Shown here: piece by piece, positions 1 through 15,807 of the stretch | Layout: every line of letters begins with the position of its first letter | Numbering within the stretch: position 1 is the first letter of the stretch | From: Eledone cirrhosa | Taxonomy: Eukaryota | Length of the DNA: 64,000 bases | Assembly (NCBI GenBank): GCA_964016885.1 | Contig: OZ024741.1 | Location: 226,672,001 to 226,736,000 of the forward strand | Reading direction: 5' to 3' | Made by a program: the position numbers and the translations under genes | The notes under the pieces: generated by a model | What the model was told of the DNA's origin: nothing | The model's database searches: none | What the model saw: the letters and a program-made list of their open reading frames with translations, nothing else

Positions 1-3000
1 CTTTCATTTTCTGACGTTGGAATCAACATTTTCTCATATTTTCACTGTTAGAGTTTGTTCAAAAGAATGCTTTTGATGACAACATTCTTAGTTGACTGGG
101 TATCCTTCAGAAACACTCTGACATTTTCTTTTCGTTTTCCGCGGCTAAGGGCTACATACAGTTGACCGTGTTGGAATACAGGTCATTCCAGATAAACCAA
201 GACGTTTTCCATAGTTTGTCCTTGTTCTTTATGAATAGTCATAGCGAAGCACCATTGAACTGGGAATTGGCTTCGGATAGATTAATTCTTATTCTAGGTA
301 TCATAACGATCTCATTTCTGAAAGCAGCAGTGTTGATTCTTGCTACTATGAGATTGTTGTGCAGTTCTTCCACGATCATGCGCATTCCATTACAAAGCCT
401 TGGAGGATTCAAGTTTCTCATAAGAATTATTGGCGATCCTTTTTTCAATACCAGATTATGTGGTGGTAGTCCTGATAGTTCAACCGAATCAAGGAATTCA
501 GTCGGGAAAAGAGTGGCATTGGCACCATCACTCACAGAATTATAGGATCCGTACTCTTTTATGGTTCCAGGGAAGCGTCTGATACAGGAGAAATTGATGC
601 TTCATTTCATTGAGAGGTACTAAGATGCAATTCTTCGAAAACACTTCAGTTGGATTGTCGAATGAGGGGTAGATGAAATCAATACATTCTTCCATAGTTG
701 TTGCTTGAAGAACCATTTCATTTGGCAAAATAATTTCCTCATTTTCATTTTTTTTTATCTTATCTTCTCCAATATCCAATAGGAACTGTGAATAGTCTCC
801 TGCTCCCCCACCCAATCGCATGTTTGTCTTCAACTGAAATCTTTTGAAGCTTTGCCTTAAGTAGGATCTTTTAATGCAGGCGTTTTCCACGTCCGCTTCA
901 TTTCCTCTTTTCACTACCGGAAGAAGCTGACGGAAATCGCCACAGCAAATTGTCAAAATTCCACCGAATGCCTCATGGTAGTCGCATATGTGACGCAAAG
1001 TGAGGTCAACAGCTTCGAAGCTTTCCCTCCGAAACATAGGACACTCATCCCAAACAATCAGCCTTGTATGCTGGAAGAGGTTTGCCGTCTTTGAGTTTTT
1101 ATCAATGTTGCACAGATCATTTTCTTTCACTACTATCGGTATTTTGAACCTAGAATGCGCTGTTCTTCCACCAGGCATCAGTGTTGCGGCAATGTCAGAT
1201 GACGCAACAGCAATAGCCACGTCGCCCCTGACTTTTGAAAGAATTAAGTTAATCAGGAATGTCTTTCCTGTTCCACCTGGAGCATCAATGAAAATCAATG
1301 CAGATGTGTTCATCTCTAAACTGTTACAAACGAAGTCATACACGTGTTTTTGTTCACTATTCAATAGAGGCTCCGTCTCCTCTACAACTCGTCGCTGCTC
1401 TCCTATGCTGTATTGCAATTCATGCAATAACTCTAAATTGCCAATATCCTGATTAGCAACAATATTATTTGGCCTTGGCAAGTTAAAGTCACTAAGACTT
1501 TTGCCCAGGTCGTTAAGTTTGTCTTCAAAATACAGAAGACATTGATCATAATGTCTCTCGCTAATCAAAAGGTTAGAGTTTCTGGTGGCGTTTTTTTCTA
1601 TTTGAAGGTAATCCTCAGACAGCGAATGCTTAAATCGAACCCATAAAGCACTGGAATTGTCAATTTCCGTATTTGTGAGGAGCACGATGAATAGATCTCT
1701 CATGGCTTTGGGAAGCCTTGTTCGCTCAGCATCTTCCAGAGTCTGCTGCCAATGATCATCCGATTGAAGCAAACCTTTCTCTCTGCAGACGTCTTTGAAT
1801 AATGGCAGGAGTTCTCCATCACACATTTCAAAGAGATGAAGGATACTGGCCCTTTGACGTGATGCAGAAGGAGTCTTAAATAATACAGGTCACCACTTCG
1901 TGGAGAAACAGTGTATACTTGGCCCAAAACGTTCGTCTCAAAACTCCCTGGATACTGCTCAACTGTTTTCCCCACATTTCTCCTTTCCCATCTCTTATTA
2001 CTCCAAGTGTAAAACTTTGGCACATCGATTTCACGGAAGAGCACATCTCTACGTTTAGGTGGCAGTTGAACAGTTTTAATAGTTTCATATTGTAGGGAAC
2101 CACCCATTCCGAAGTTATATTTCGGCTTCCCCTTCCTTCTTGGTGCCCCTCAGATCTTCCCATTCCTGGAGACCGTCTTCTGGACACAGGATAAGAGTCC
2201 TCTCCACACAATGTATATTCATTGAAAGGCTCAGGGTACCGCTTACTGCACGTTCCATCTTTCCAACACGGTGAATTGTTAGAGCAATTCGGACCGTGGA
2301 TCATGTGCTTCAGCACCAATTCATGACCCTCTGGATCTTTGTTTGGATCTGGTATTTCGGCTTGAACAAATTTATCATATTCCTGCGGTCTGGGCTTGGA
2401 GGCTTCTTTGAGCCATAGCAAACAGTGCACATGAGGAAGATCTCGCTTTTGATATTCGACTGTCAGCACGTAAGCTATGCACTTGCCAAATAGGCCATCT
2501 ACTCCAGTAAGATACTTTCTTAACAGTTTCCGCTTCAGGTCAAATACTCTGGCAATTAAATCTGGCCTGTCATGTGGCTTCTGATTCAGGAATAGGTTTT
2601 GCAGGATTTCGGGCCAGTTTGGATTGCATGTCATTGTGATGAAGAACGAAGGATTGCCGTACTTCCGTATGTACATCATGGCATCCTGGCATCGCTCCAT
2701 CATATATCTCGGTCCACCGACAAATGTGGAAGAGAGTATGATTCGCCTGCCAATATTGCGAAAATCGTCATCATCATTCAATGCGTCAGTAAGGCCCTTG
2801 TATGTTGTAGATCGCAATGCTGTTTGATTCATTCGGATGTATTGCAGTCTATCTCCTTCAATCTTCGCAGCCATGTCAACCAAATATTGCTGAAATAAAC
2901 GACCGCCTCTGAGAAGTTGGTTGAATTCATTCTCATGGTTCATTATTCGATAGGCATAGTAGCGCATTGGCGTCAACTTCTTGTTATTGCTCATTAACAG

Positions 3001-4193
3001 CTCATGATGCCATCCGTCATCGCCAAAAGGAAAAATAGAACATACTGCAAACTGTCCTAGGACCGATGGGAATCTGAGATTATTTGCAATTGTCCGCCTT
3101 TTTCTTTCTAAACAATGTGCCGTGCTTTCGCTTGAACTTCGGTGCTCTTTTGTATAATAACGGCAACTTCGTTTGCAGTTTGTGCATTGAATCTTCTCTC
3201 ATGTTCCATTGCTGGTCTCCTATCAGGATCAATAATAATCGAAGCTTCGGGAATATTTTTAATTTGTTCTTTTGCCATTCGAAATGAAGCAACGTAAGGG
3301 TTATATTGTCTGGGTATTATTTCCAATAATTCAACTATGTCGCGCTGAATGCCATCGTTATGGAGTATCCTGATCCTCAAATCAACACTATCCTGAGGAT
3401 CCAAGAAGTAAATTTGAAGAAATTGGGGTTGTTCGTTGGGATTAGGGGTTAAGGAACCGATGTAATGGTGAATTTGACCAAGAATAACGATAGAAAGATT
3501 CCATCCACTCCTTGAGGAACAAACTTCTTCGGCTCCAAAAGATGTCATTTGGAACAGGCAGTTGTATTGTCTGAGGTTCTTCCTGAACTCGTTTGCCCTA
3601 GGTTGATCAGTACTAAATAAACTGTGAAGTTCCTGGGGTAAAGCCTGCAGATTCCCCAACCTGACTTTTCCATTCATACAGCAAAAGTTAGCAGTTTCAC
3701 CATGAAAAAGCATTGCATGACAACAGACACAGATCTTATTCATCTGTCCAACATCAGCAGAGAGGTCACGTCGTTGAACTGTCCTTGCTCTATCCCTAAT
3801 GGTTTGTTGGCAAAGACGTTCAGTTCTCCGAGCGTCCGATTCATGATCTCTCCTTCTTCTGTCTCTTTCCCTCTGTTCCACCTGACGCTCAGCTCTCCGA
3901 CCATCCGATTCATGATCTCTCCTTCTTCTGTCTCTTTCCCTCTGTTCCGCCTGACGCTCAACTCTCCGACCATCCGATTCATGATCCCTCCTGCTTTTGT
4001 CTCTTTCCCTCTGTTCCGCCAGACGCGCAGCCCTTGCTTTATCAGTCTCATCGATCCTTCTATTCGCATGCCTGTCCCCATCTTGTTGGCGTTGACCACT
4101 ATCTTGCTCACCTTCTTCGACTCTCCTTAGCCGTGCTTTCTTTCCACTATCGATAGACCAACCAGATGTTTGCTTTCTTCCTCGTCGAGGCAT
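1..4193 (-). pseudogene. Helitron RepHel (HUH rolling-circle endonuclease plus PIF1-like SF1 helicase), frameshifted
   Basis: ORFs 3108-4193, 3080-3292, 1876-2994, 1700-2107, 540-1826 and 239-535 carry CxxCxA..F..E...FCCxNG, FITMTCNPNWPEI, VEYQKRDLPHVH (HUH), DAPGGTGKT (Walker A), IVWDECPM, GDFRQLLPV, GLPPHNLVLKKG and MRNLNPPRLCNG. Confidence 0.95.
3825..4030 (-). repeat. 66-bp (22-aa) coding tandem repeat in the RepHel N-terminus
   Basis: About three copies of RDRRRRDHESDGRRxERQxEQRE in ORF 3108-4193. Confidence 0.85.
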
Positions 4194-4215
4194 TATTTAA
4201 GAATGGTGAATTATT

Positions 4216-4410
4216 AAGGGCTGTGGATTGGCAGTATCGGTAGAGGGTCTGACACTATGCTTTGCAGCAAAGAGTTACGGCCCTGTATGGTTTGTGTTCA
4301 AATCCCGCCGAGGTTAACTTTGCCTTTCATCCTTACGGGGTCGATAAAATAAAGTACCAGTAATGTATTGGGTAATTGCTGGCCTTGTGCCAAAAGTAGA
4401 AAAAATTATT
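4216..4410 (+). mobile_element. tRNA-derived SINE, family A, inserted in the Helitron 5' region
   Basis: A-box-like TGGCAGTATCGG, B-box GTTCAAATC, central GCCTTTCATCCTTACGGGGTCGATAAAATAAAGTACC, tail GCTGGCCTTGTGCC..TAGAAA..ATTATT. Several other copies in the window. Confidence 0.85.
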
Positions 4411-4414
4411 TAAG

Positions 4415-5030
4415 AATCGAAAATCGTATTCACCTTAGAAAAAATTCCTATTACCTCAACAAATATTTTTTTGAAATCATCATTTAGAAATATTTCTAAA
4501 TAATGAAAATATTGTCTGTTTAAACAACTCGTATTTTTCAAATCATATTCACTTAAAAAATACTTATTAATAATTAAAATATTCTGTTTAAAGAAAGCTG
4601 AAATATATATACTCAGTGTACAAATAATTTGTATTTTTTAAGTCATTTTCACTTAAGAATATTTTTTAAATATGCCAAGAAATATTTTTTCCATCGTATT
4701 CACTTGAAAATAATTTTTAAAAAATGAAGATATTGTCTATGTAAATAAAGCTATTTGTAAAATCAAATTCACTTGAAAATATTTCTAAATAATTGAAATA
4801 TTCTTTTTAACAAAAGCAAAAATATTAACTCCTACTGTTTAACACCAACTGGTATTTTTCAGTGATATTCACTTAATGCTTTTCTGATAATTAAAATATC
4901 GTCTGTTTAAAGAAAACTCGAATATATTGAAGTACAAACAACTTGTAGTTTTGAAATCATATTCACTGAGAAATCACTGAAAAATTTTTTTTAATAATTA
5001 TTAAACTATTTTCATCATTCGAGAAATATT
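4415..5030. repeat. Degenerate AT-rich tandem subrepeat (about 60 bp) inside the Helitron 5' non-coding region
   Basis: Recurrent AAATCATATTCACTT(A/G)AAAA...TAATT(G/A)AAATATT motifs about every 60 bp. Confidence 0.6.
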
Positions 5031-5389
5031 TTTATGTCGATTTACGTCAAACCTGTTTTATCCCCATTTCAGGGTTATATCACTATTTTTCCATTATGCA
5101 CCGTTTTGTCTATTTACAAAGGTATCCTACACACACACACACAAATATATATATATATATATATGTCTCTAACTTAAGTACTGTTACACACACATCACAC
5201 ACACATGTCTCTAAGTACGTAAACACATGCACTGGCACACATACACATACAGATACACACGGTGGCAGTATAACTGTGAAAGAGAGATAAAGAAATAACG
5301 TTATGGATAGGAGGAGAGTTAAAATAAATAAAAGTTAAGGACGCTGTCTCTTTCCCTATCTGTAATCCCCCCTCTCTCTCTTCCCCTCA

Positions 5390-5468
<79 letters not shown>

Positions 5469-6140
5469 TCTCACCCCGTCTCTGTCTCTCTTACTTACAG
5501 AATGGACAACCAAAAAAACAAATGGATTATTTCTTTCGATATTCATTATAAAATAAGATAAATTGAGTTTAAATGAATTCCTTGCTATTTTTGGAAAATT
5601 GAAAATATTGTCCATGTGCGATTTACGCCAAACTTGTTTTATTCAGAGTATTTTCTTATTATGCAATGTTTTGGCTATTTACGAAGTTTTGCGGGTTTTT
5701 CCCAGTATGCACCGTTGTGGCTATTTACGAAGGTACCCCCAAAACCCGCGAATCTCGGGAAACCTGAGTCAGATTTTCGCGAAACTTGTTTTATTCAATT
5801 TGTATTCCCATTTCAGATGCAACTTGCTTTCAAAGTATTTACCCATTATGCGCCATTTTGGCTGTATTACATAACAGACAAGCAAGCAAGCACTCAAGAT
5901 CAGAGTTTTAGTAGTATATAGATAGATAGTTGAGGCGGCGAATTGACTTAGAACATCGGAAAAAGGTTTTGTGGTATTTATTCCGGTTCTCTGCGCTCAA
6001 ACGACTCCATCAAGAGTTACAAGTCCATATATGCATCGTTTATTATAATACAAATATCTTTATCTATTGATTAAGGAATTAGATCTATTATTTTCACAAA
6101 ATCCACTATTTCATTTTCCGATCTCATCAGAATTTATTAA

Positions 6141-6360
6141 TGTAAAGGCGCGTAGCTTAGTGCTTAGAGTGTTGGGCTCACGATCCTGTGGTAGGTTCGA
6201 TTCCAAGACCGGATGGCGAGCGGTAGCTTTTAGCAAGGCACTTTATTTTACGTTGCTCTAATGCATGCTGGTAAAAATGGGTGCTAGCTGTAGGTGGGAG
6301 TTAGTCCTCTAATGGCAAGTTATCTTGTATTCTCAGTCACTTAACGTGCATGAAACTGGG
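6141..6360 (+). mobile_element. tRNA-derived SINE, family B
   Basis: GGCGCGTAGCTTAGTG..AG (A box), GGTTCGATTCC (B box), AGCAAGGCACTTTATTTTACGTTGCTC. Homologous to the minus-strand copy at 52283-52418. Confidence 0.75.
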
Positions 6361-6859
6361 ACAAGTTTCGGGCTTCGTCCAGCGCATGGAAACATGAAAA
6401 ATTGGACGTAAAAGGATAAATCTAAATTTAGAATTTATTAATTTGATTTTTTATTTTGTTTGTTTCTAACTAGAGCTTATAATTTAATAAGAATAATTTT
6501 ATTTACAGTAGTTTATGTGTTTATGATTTTCTAAATTCTTGAATGTTTCACTATATATCACTATATCTTTTGTCACTGGAATTTTTAGACCTACGACTTT
6601 TCCTCTTTCATGTACCTGTAATAAATTCCTATTAAAAAGTTACAAAGCTCTCCCGTTATCGCAGTTTATAGCCATGCTCTCTTAAATTACATCTTTTTCT
6701 TTTCTTTCTCTATACCTTTCTACTCCCTTTTCTTCGTATTTTTCTAGGCATGTTACTCAGGGCCTCATAATAGACTTATTATCTCTTCTTTATTTTCAAA
6801 CCCTCTTTAAATTTTCACATGAAATCCGTTAGGTAATTTTGTGAGAAAAAGCGGGTGGT

Positions 6860-7175
6860 GAATTGACCGAGTGAATGCTAAGTGCCTCTCAAATCTAAGC
6901 TAGCTGATGAACAGTGCGGTTTTCGCCTCGGACACAGCACAGCCGACCAAATATTCACACTGCTGCAGGTCTTCGAGAAATCGCTGGAGTATTGCCAAGA
7001 GGTATATTCTTGTTTTTGCACCTCGAAAACTCATATGACCGTATTCCTCTAGACCTGCTGTGAAAGGTTGTGCAAGAGTATTGGATCAATGGTCAGCTTC
7101 TTGCTGCATTGCCATGAGGTCTCTATACGAGTGCCCAAGTATTTGTGTTCGGGTAAATGGTGTTAAATCGAAACC
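6860..7175 (+). pseudogene. RTE-clade non-LTR retrotransposon RT fragment
   Basis: Manual translation gives DEQCGFRLGHSTADQIFTLLQVFEKSLEY..., followed by a frameshifted YDRIP. Confidence 0.8.
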
Positions 7176-7789
7176 GCGATTAGCTGTTATTACAGTTATT
7201 TTCTGAGTTCCCATACACGCACAAATATATATATATAGAAACTACTCCACATTTTCTTATCCTAAATATACTTCGTCATTCTTATGTGGAAAAAGTACGT
7301 AGAGTGCTTGAATTGAATTGCATCAATATTTACAGTATATATATATGGGGGGGGGGGACATGTGTGTGGGTTTGGGTGTGGGAGGGTGTGTACAACCAAA
7401 TGTCTTAATAAAGACTGCATGTGACACAGGCATGTAGAAAAATAGGCATAAACATGAACAAACAACTGTGTGTATGTGTGTGTATATATATATATATTTA
7501 TATAGGCATACATATACACATACAATGCATATGACAGTCTGCCATGTATGCACTTCGCCTTGTGGTTTCCCATCATAGCAGCTGCATTGATTCTAATCAC
7601 TGGTTTTTCCGTGTATCGATTGTTAATTAGCGGTCTCTCTGATGATGTAATCATCATACTGAACTGTAGATAATTAACCCCTTACGCTCCCCTTCCAATA
7701 TGATAATAACAATCCGTTGTGAAATTGCATGTCTTATTTCATTACACCTAACATAGCTTAATGAATGTTACAACATATATACATGTTCA

Positions 7790-8320
<531 letters not shown>

Positions 8321-8676
8321 GGGGGAGGGGTATTAATGCTCATTTGCAAGAGTATTGCGTTAACGCAGAAAATATATTTCCATCCAGAAATTACCAGTTT
8401 TTCTCTTATTCTTTCATTGGGTAATCTTACTCTCACTGAGTACAGATAAACATGCTTCACACACATACATACATAAACACACATATACGTAGACACAGAT
8501 ACACACATGCATCCACACACGCAAATGCACACACACAAACGCGTACACAAACATGAACCTGTACCACACTAGAAATACACAAACCCACACCAATCATCAC
8601 GGATATTATATATATTATAGATATATAGTTATAAACATTAATACATACTCTTATATATTTTTGTATATTCATGTAC

Positions 8677-8796
<120 letters not shown>

Positions 8797-9173
8797 CACT
8801 GGTACATCACTGTAAGACACCAGTATATAATTTTCATCAGAGTCAAAAGCCAACAGATTAAGAAACAGGATATTTGAAGAGATTGCTAGTGTGCGAATGG
8901 GAACGAAAGAGACTCATGTATATACATACATATGCATTGTTGGTAGTCCACATGATGTTCTAGCTGTATATGTTTGTCTATCAGGTTAACTGTCTGTCTC
9001 TCTCTTACTCTCTATTCACCTTCTCTCGGTTAGCTTTCAATGAAGATGTCAAGGCAAAAACTCCAAGATGTCAAGCGCATCTAATGAACTGAAATATCTA
9101 GAGAAACATATATAAATATGTACAGACATACACATGCACACATACATATATATATACATACATGTATATATAA

Positions 9174-9278
<105 letters not shown>

Positions 9279-9286
9279 AGTGTGTG

Positions 9287-9810
9287 TGTACGTATGGGTT
9301 AACCGAACATTTATTATAATGTTCGGTTTGCTTGTAATCAAACAGCCCGAATTAAGCCGTACAGTGTTCGGCAACCATCGTTTCCCTTTTGTTCAACACT
9401 GACAAAGGAATGATGAACTAGTTTCTAGCTTATTAGCTGTCATCGGCACCGTATACCTTCCTGTCAGTCGATTGAACGTTTGAAAGTATATACGTTCAAA
9501 CGACTGACAGGAAGGTATACGGTGCTGATGACAGCTAATAAGCTAGAAACTAGTTCATCGTTACTTTGTCAGTGTTGAACAAAAAGGAAACGATGGTTGC
9601 CGAACACTGTACGGCTTAATTCGGGCTGTTTGATTACAAACAAACCGAACATTATAATAAATGTTCGGTAAACCCATACGTACATATATATATGTGTGTG
9701 CATGTATGTATACTACTGTACGTCTGTATAATTATATGTATGTACGTATACATACATACTTATATTTAAGTATCAGCCGTACTAAGACACAGAAAGGAAA
9801 TTTCATTTTT
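9287..9810. mobile_element. Non-coding fold-back element: about 195-bp inverted arms (9287-9483 and 9492-9685) with one hammerhead per arm
   Basis: Arms are reverse complements centred near 9487. The same family recurs at 61310-61948. Confidence 0.85.
9519..9561 (+). ncRNA. Minimal type I hammerhead ribozyme (mirror copy 9410-9452 on minus has a CCGATGA core mutation)
   Basis: acggtg CTGATGA c-agct-aata-agct-a GAAA CTAG TT catcgt. Stem I acggtg/catcgt; palindromic stem III ACTAGT. Confidence 0.85.
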
Positions 9811-9820
9811 TCCATGTATG

Positions 9821-9940
<120 letters not shown>

Positions 9941-9971
9941 CGTGTATCTAAAGATATATATATATATATTT

Positions 9972-10090
<119 letters not shown>

Positions 10091-10151
10091 CATATGTATG
10101 TATATATATATATATATGGCCTCAGCCGGATGGCTGAAACAGGTAAAAGAG

Positions 10152-10235
<84 letters not shown>

Positions 10236-10240
<5 letters not shown>

Positions 10241-10679
10241 CGTAAAATAAGAAAATTTTTAAATTTTTAAATTAGCTTACTTACTAAAATTTTCATTCCA
10301 ACTAATTAGTTTCTGTAAGGGAATAAATATAGTTACGTAACGCAACCATAGAGAAATCCTTACGTCATCAGGGTGTCTATTCTCAGCTAAGTTCCCAGGC
10401 AATGCGCGGACACTAGGAACCCATATTTTTTCAGTGCCCTGGAATCTAGTCCACGCTTGCTTTTTTCCATCCACTGAATTATTATTTTATATGGGTTCCT
10501 AGTGTCCGCGCATTGCCTGGGAACTTAGCTGAGAATAGACTCCCTGATGACGTAAGGATTTCTCTATGGTTGCGTTACGTAACTACATTTATTCCTTTAC
10601 AGAAACTAATTAGTTGGAGTGAAAACTTTAGTAAGTAAGTTAATTTTAAAATTTTAAAATTTTCTTATTTTACGTCTTT
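10236..10679. mobile_element. Non-coding fold-back element (about 190-bp inverted arms, about 65-bp spacer), one hammerhead per arm, next to (TA)n
   Basis: 10236-10424 is the reverse complement of 10491-10679. Confidence 0.85.
10539..10620 (+). ncRNA. Type I hammerhead with extended stem II (mirror copy 10295-10376 on minus)
   Basis: actcc CTGATGA cgtaagga...tcctttaca GAAA CTAATTAG TT ggagt. Stem I actcc/ggagt; palindromic stem III ACTAATTAGT. Confidence 0.82.
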
Positions 10680-10799
10680 CATATAATTGTTCTGCATCCC
10701 CCTGCATAGAACCACAAATGTAGTAAGACATAACATATATATTTGCTAGCATAGGTATACATCTGTATACATATGTTGGTAGATATACTAACTCTCTCT

Positions 10800-12825
10800 C
10801 TATATATATAGATAAATCTACCAAAATATACGGTAGTCTCCAATCCGTATGAAGAACTCAATGTAATCCAAATATCATGAAAAGAGAAGATGCATTCAAA
10901 AATTTTCGATGAAAATCATAGGAAAATAGAGTTAAGATAAATTAATAAAAACAATGAATAAAAACAAAGAACAAGTTCCTTATATTAAAAAATTCATCAT
11001 TTTACGATCGTTTCTAGGATATATATGTGTGTTGGTATGTATATCATATAGATCTATGTAAAAATATTACAAACTATCAGAGGAAATATACATACCTTCA
11101 CATATATATACACTGTCTTCAGAAATGATGAGATTTGTTTATCGAAAAAAACCAACAAAGATTTAATATAATAGGTCTGTTTGGGAACAGGTTTTAAATT
11201 GACCAATAGAAAAGTAGTAAGAGGTCAAGTTGATAGAATAGTAGTAGTAGAAATTTAATTAAGGTGTAGTGGGTGCAGACTTATGTTTTGAATAGAAAGA
11301 ATACTTTGAATGAAAAGAATACTTTCGGGATGAAAAAAGGTCAAGCCGGTGAAGGGTACACGAAAATTTGATGTTATTAAAGAATAGTGTTAAAAACTAA
11401 GGAAAGTAAAATTTTAGGGTAAGTGAGAAATACCAATCTTATTTAAACCACAAGGAATCTAGATCTATAACAAGAAATTAAATTAATTGATAGGTATACT
11501 TATAGGGATACATTTATATTACTTCATATGGATGTGATAAATAAGAATTAGATGTTATTAAAGAATGTTGTTAAAAACGAAGGAAAATAAAATGTTGGGA
11601 TAAGGGTAATAGTTAGAAATACAAATCTTATATAAACTACAAGGAATCTAGATTCATAATAGGAAATTAAATTAATTTATATGTATAGGTATTCATTTTA
11701 GGAAAAGAGAGCTGTAAGAGGGCAATAAAATTATGAAGTTCTCTGTAGTAAAGTACTAATTATAGGTTAGCTAAATTTAAAAAACTAATTATAATAATAT
11801 GTAAAATATAAGTGTAAGGTGTATATTAATTGGGTTTGTGATATTTGAAAGTTCTTCTAATTCTATGATTGCAAGATATAATTAATTCTTGTCGCTTATT
11901 TAATAGGATATCCTTAGATTTCATTATTTCAAAAAGTTCCTGGGAACATAATCTACACTCATATCTGTTATTTTGAGCTCACTCCAGGTCAGGTTGTAAT
12001 CGATATTCTTTTTTCTATAATTATTAATTGTTTCAGCCAAGGATGTTGTATTAGCTAATGCGGCATTTTTAAAACTATGTTTGTGGGTATTAAATCTTAC
12101 TTTAAAATGGTTAGACGTAGCTCCTATAAGTGGAGTCCTTAGTGCTAATTTTACATTTATAGACTATGTTATTAATAAGACAATTTCCCTTTAATGAGCA
12201 ATTTCTTTTGTTTCTACAGTTACAACCATTCGTGAATATTATATCGGTGGAGTTAGTCAAATTTGGTGTGGAATTTATTTGACTTGTTATATGTGAAGGA
12301 GATGGGGGGTGTTGCGGTTTATTTTAGTATTATGGTTGGTTTGATGTGTTGGTGGTATATTCGTGGTTTTTTTACATTTATATGCGTGTACGCACTTATA
12401 TTTTGTTGTATATTTTTGGTAGTGGAGTAGGAAAATTTGACAGTTGATCTATTTCAAATTTGATGGTATTTATTGTTTGGCGGGAAGTTTTTCTCTAGGA
12501 TTTATATCTATATATATAGGAGCTATGTCTGCACCCCTCTAACCTTAGATTGACCTCTTACTACTTTTCTATTGGTCAATTCAAAACCTGTTCCCAAACA
12601 GACCTATTATATTAAATCTTTGTTGGTTTTTTTCAATAAACAAATCTCATCATTTCTGAAGACAGCATATATATGTGAAGGTATGTATATTTCCTCTGAT
12701 AGTTTGTAATATTTTTACATAGATCTATATGATATACATACCAACACACATATCTATCCTAGAAACGATTGTAAAATGATGAGTTTTTTAATATAAGGAA
12801 CTTGTTCTTTGTTTTTATTAATTTA
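10800..12825 (-). mobile_element. Decayed Penelope-like element 3' part (GIY-YIG remnant) with inverted HHR-bearing pseudo-LTR arms (about 10955-11235 and 12548-12822)
   Basis: The minus strand near 12140-12030 reads LIGATSNHFKVRFNTHKHSFKNAALANTTSLA, with an upstream CNCR..CSL motif. Inverted arms visible directly. Confidence 0.75.
12646..12783 (+). ncRNA. Type I hammerhead with about 100-nt stem II insert (copies 10995-11132 and about 44868-45003 on minus)
   Basis: ctcatcattt CTGAAGA cag...cta GAAA CGATTG TA aaatgatgag, a 10-bp stem I. The minus copies have the perfect palindrome ACGATCGT. Confidence 0.8.
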
Positions 12826-12837
12826 TATATATATATG

Positions 12838-12885
<48 letters not shown>

Positions 12886-12911
12886 CATCTATCTATCTAT
12901 ATCTCTGTCTC

Positions 12912-13738
<827 letters not shown>

Positions 13739-14414
13739 CATACATACATATATGTATATATTATATTAGGGGAAGACGTGTGCGTATTTCAGAGTAATGT
13801 ACAATGTTTTATTCCCAAATCAGTCACGAAGCCGAGGTCTTTACAATTAACAATCTACAATGTTGTAGGATAATCACAAGGGAATTTGCAGACTCATGTG
13901 ATTCCGTTGAACCTATAAGATATTTCTTTACTTTGTATAAACCATTTGTTTCATCCCCCATTTGCATTCAATGAGAGCGATAAAAATGTCGCAATGCAGC
14001 TGGTTTGACGTAATCTTTCAATCATTGTCTTCTTGTTATTGTTGTCGTCATGATTGTTATTGTTGTTCTCGTTCTTCTTTTTCTTCTGGTTGTTGTCTTC
14101 AATGTCGTCTTTGTCATAATCTTTCCCACATTGTTTTGTTATCTACCTGCTACATTGTATACTTTTCTGACGTTGCACTCATCTTTTCTTATGTAACTAT
14201 CATATTTTGTCATTAACCTCTTTTTAAATTTCCCTTCTCTTTTTTTCTGTCACCTATGACTTTTTCTAGTCCTTTTATTTCTCTCTTGTCTTATCCCTTA
14301 TTTCTTTCTCTTTCATTCTATTGTTTTGATTTCGTTTGTCTTTTACCTTCCTCGCTTCCTTCTTCTTTGTTTTCCATAATCTTTTGTCTGCTCTTCAGCT
14401 TCTATTTGTCTAGT

Positions 14415-14539
14415 TTCTTCTTCTTCTTCTTCTTCTTCTTCTTCTTCTTCTTCTTCTTCTTCTTCTTCTTCTTCTTCTTCTTCTTCTTCTTCTTCTTCTT
14501 CTTCTTCTTCTTCTTCTTCTTCTTCTTCTTCTTCTTCTT
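14415..14539. repeat. (TTC)n microsatellite
   Basis: Direct reading. Confidence 0.97.
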
Positions 14540-15432
14540 TATGTAGTTTAAATGTATATTCTGACTCCTTAACGGAATTATAGCTTCGACGTAAGTTGAC
14601 AAAGTGATAGGGAACGAATTGTTGAACTGAATACTCAGAAATATATAGTTGTGGGTAAATTAGAATTGTTTAAGAAATTAAATAAAATGGCTGTTAGAAT
14701 ATCTAATGTATAGAACATTAAAACGTTGTAGTGCAACAAATGAATCATATCAGTAAATTTGTAGAAATTTGCAATATATCTTTCTGTGAATTACTTTCGA
14801 GAAAGCAGTACAATGCAAATTAGAAATAAAGAAGTTAAAACAAATGTTAAGTACAAATCAAAACTAAAAAATAATTTACTTTATACACAACCCACTACAC
14901 AATTTCAGTCCATTTTCTTTCTTATGAAAACGGAATCCTTATCCTGAAATATCAGAAAACATAGAGTAAAATTGTAAACTATTGCTTTGTTTTGTTTTAC
15001 TTTACACTAATTTTCACTATTTTATCTTTAAGTTACATTGTATTGGATTTTGCAAATAATTCTAATGACATATTTCCTAATGCTTTATATAAGCTATACT
15101 ACATTGTTTCTGTTAATTAAATAAAATCACAAACTTAAGATCTTCAAACTATTTATGCTCTATAACTTCTAATCCAGGTTTTAGTGTAAAGTGAAACGAT
15201 AAACATTGACATCAACTGCCATTTGTTGATTCCTGTGAATATTTTATTGGAGAAAATGCTCTTCAAATTTGGTATTTCACAAGCTGTCACTCTGTCACAA
15301 CCAACAGTCTCATTAGTATACGATAAAATAATCAAATATGTCTCATTTATTCTAAGTAAACATTTCAAATTCTTCATTTGGTCATCCGTATTTTCTTTTT
15401 ATTCTATATGAAGATAAGCACATACACTTCGC

Positions 15433-15549
<117 letters not shown>

Positions 15550-15807
15550 ACACACAAGTTACATGCACGCATACACGTACATACACAGTTACACACATGT
15601 CTAAAAATGTTTTCTACACAGGCATAGATCCCAGCTCCGGATACACTAGTTTAAATTTATATTATGACTAAAAAGCAACAACATATCAATAAATTCTCTG
15701 CACCTGCACGCTGATACAAATTTTAAAGATAAACATACGCATCTACATATATGTATGTGTGGGTGTGTATGTATGTATATATGTATGCATATATGTGTAT
15801 GTAGATA

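Larger units (their letters stand above)
1..5922 (-). mobile_element. Autonomous-type Helitron, decayed; 3' end lies outside the window
   Basis: Minus-strand Rep/helicase ORF pieces from 4193 to the window edge. The minus strand at 5922 begins TCTATATACTACTAAAACTCTG, preceded by A and followed by short (CTTG/CTGT) repeats, typical of Helitron 5' ends. Confidence 0.85.

Noticed and set aside
4216-6260. tRNA genes at the A/B-box sequences
   Set aside because: They do not fold as cloverleafs and continue into SINE bodies found in many copies.
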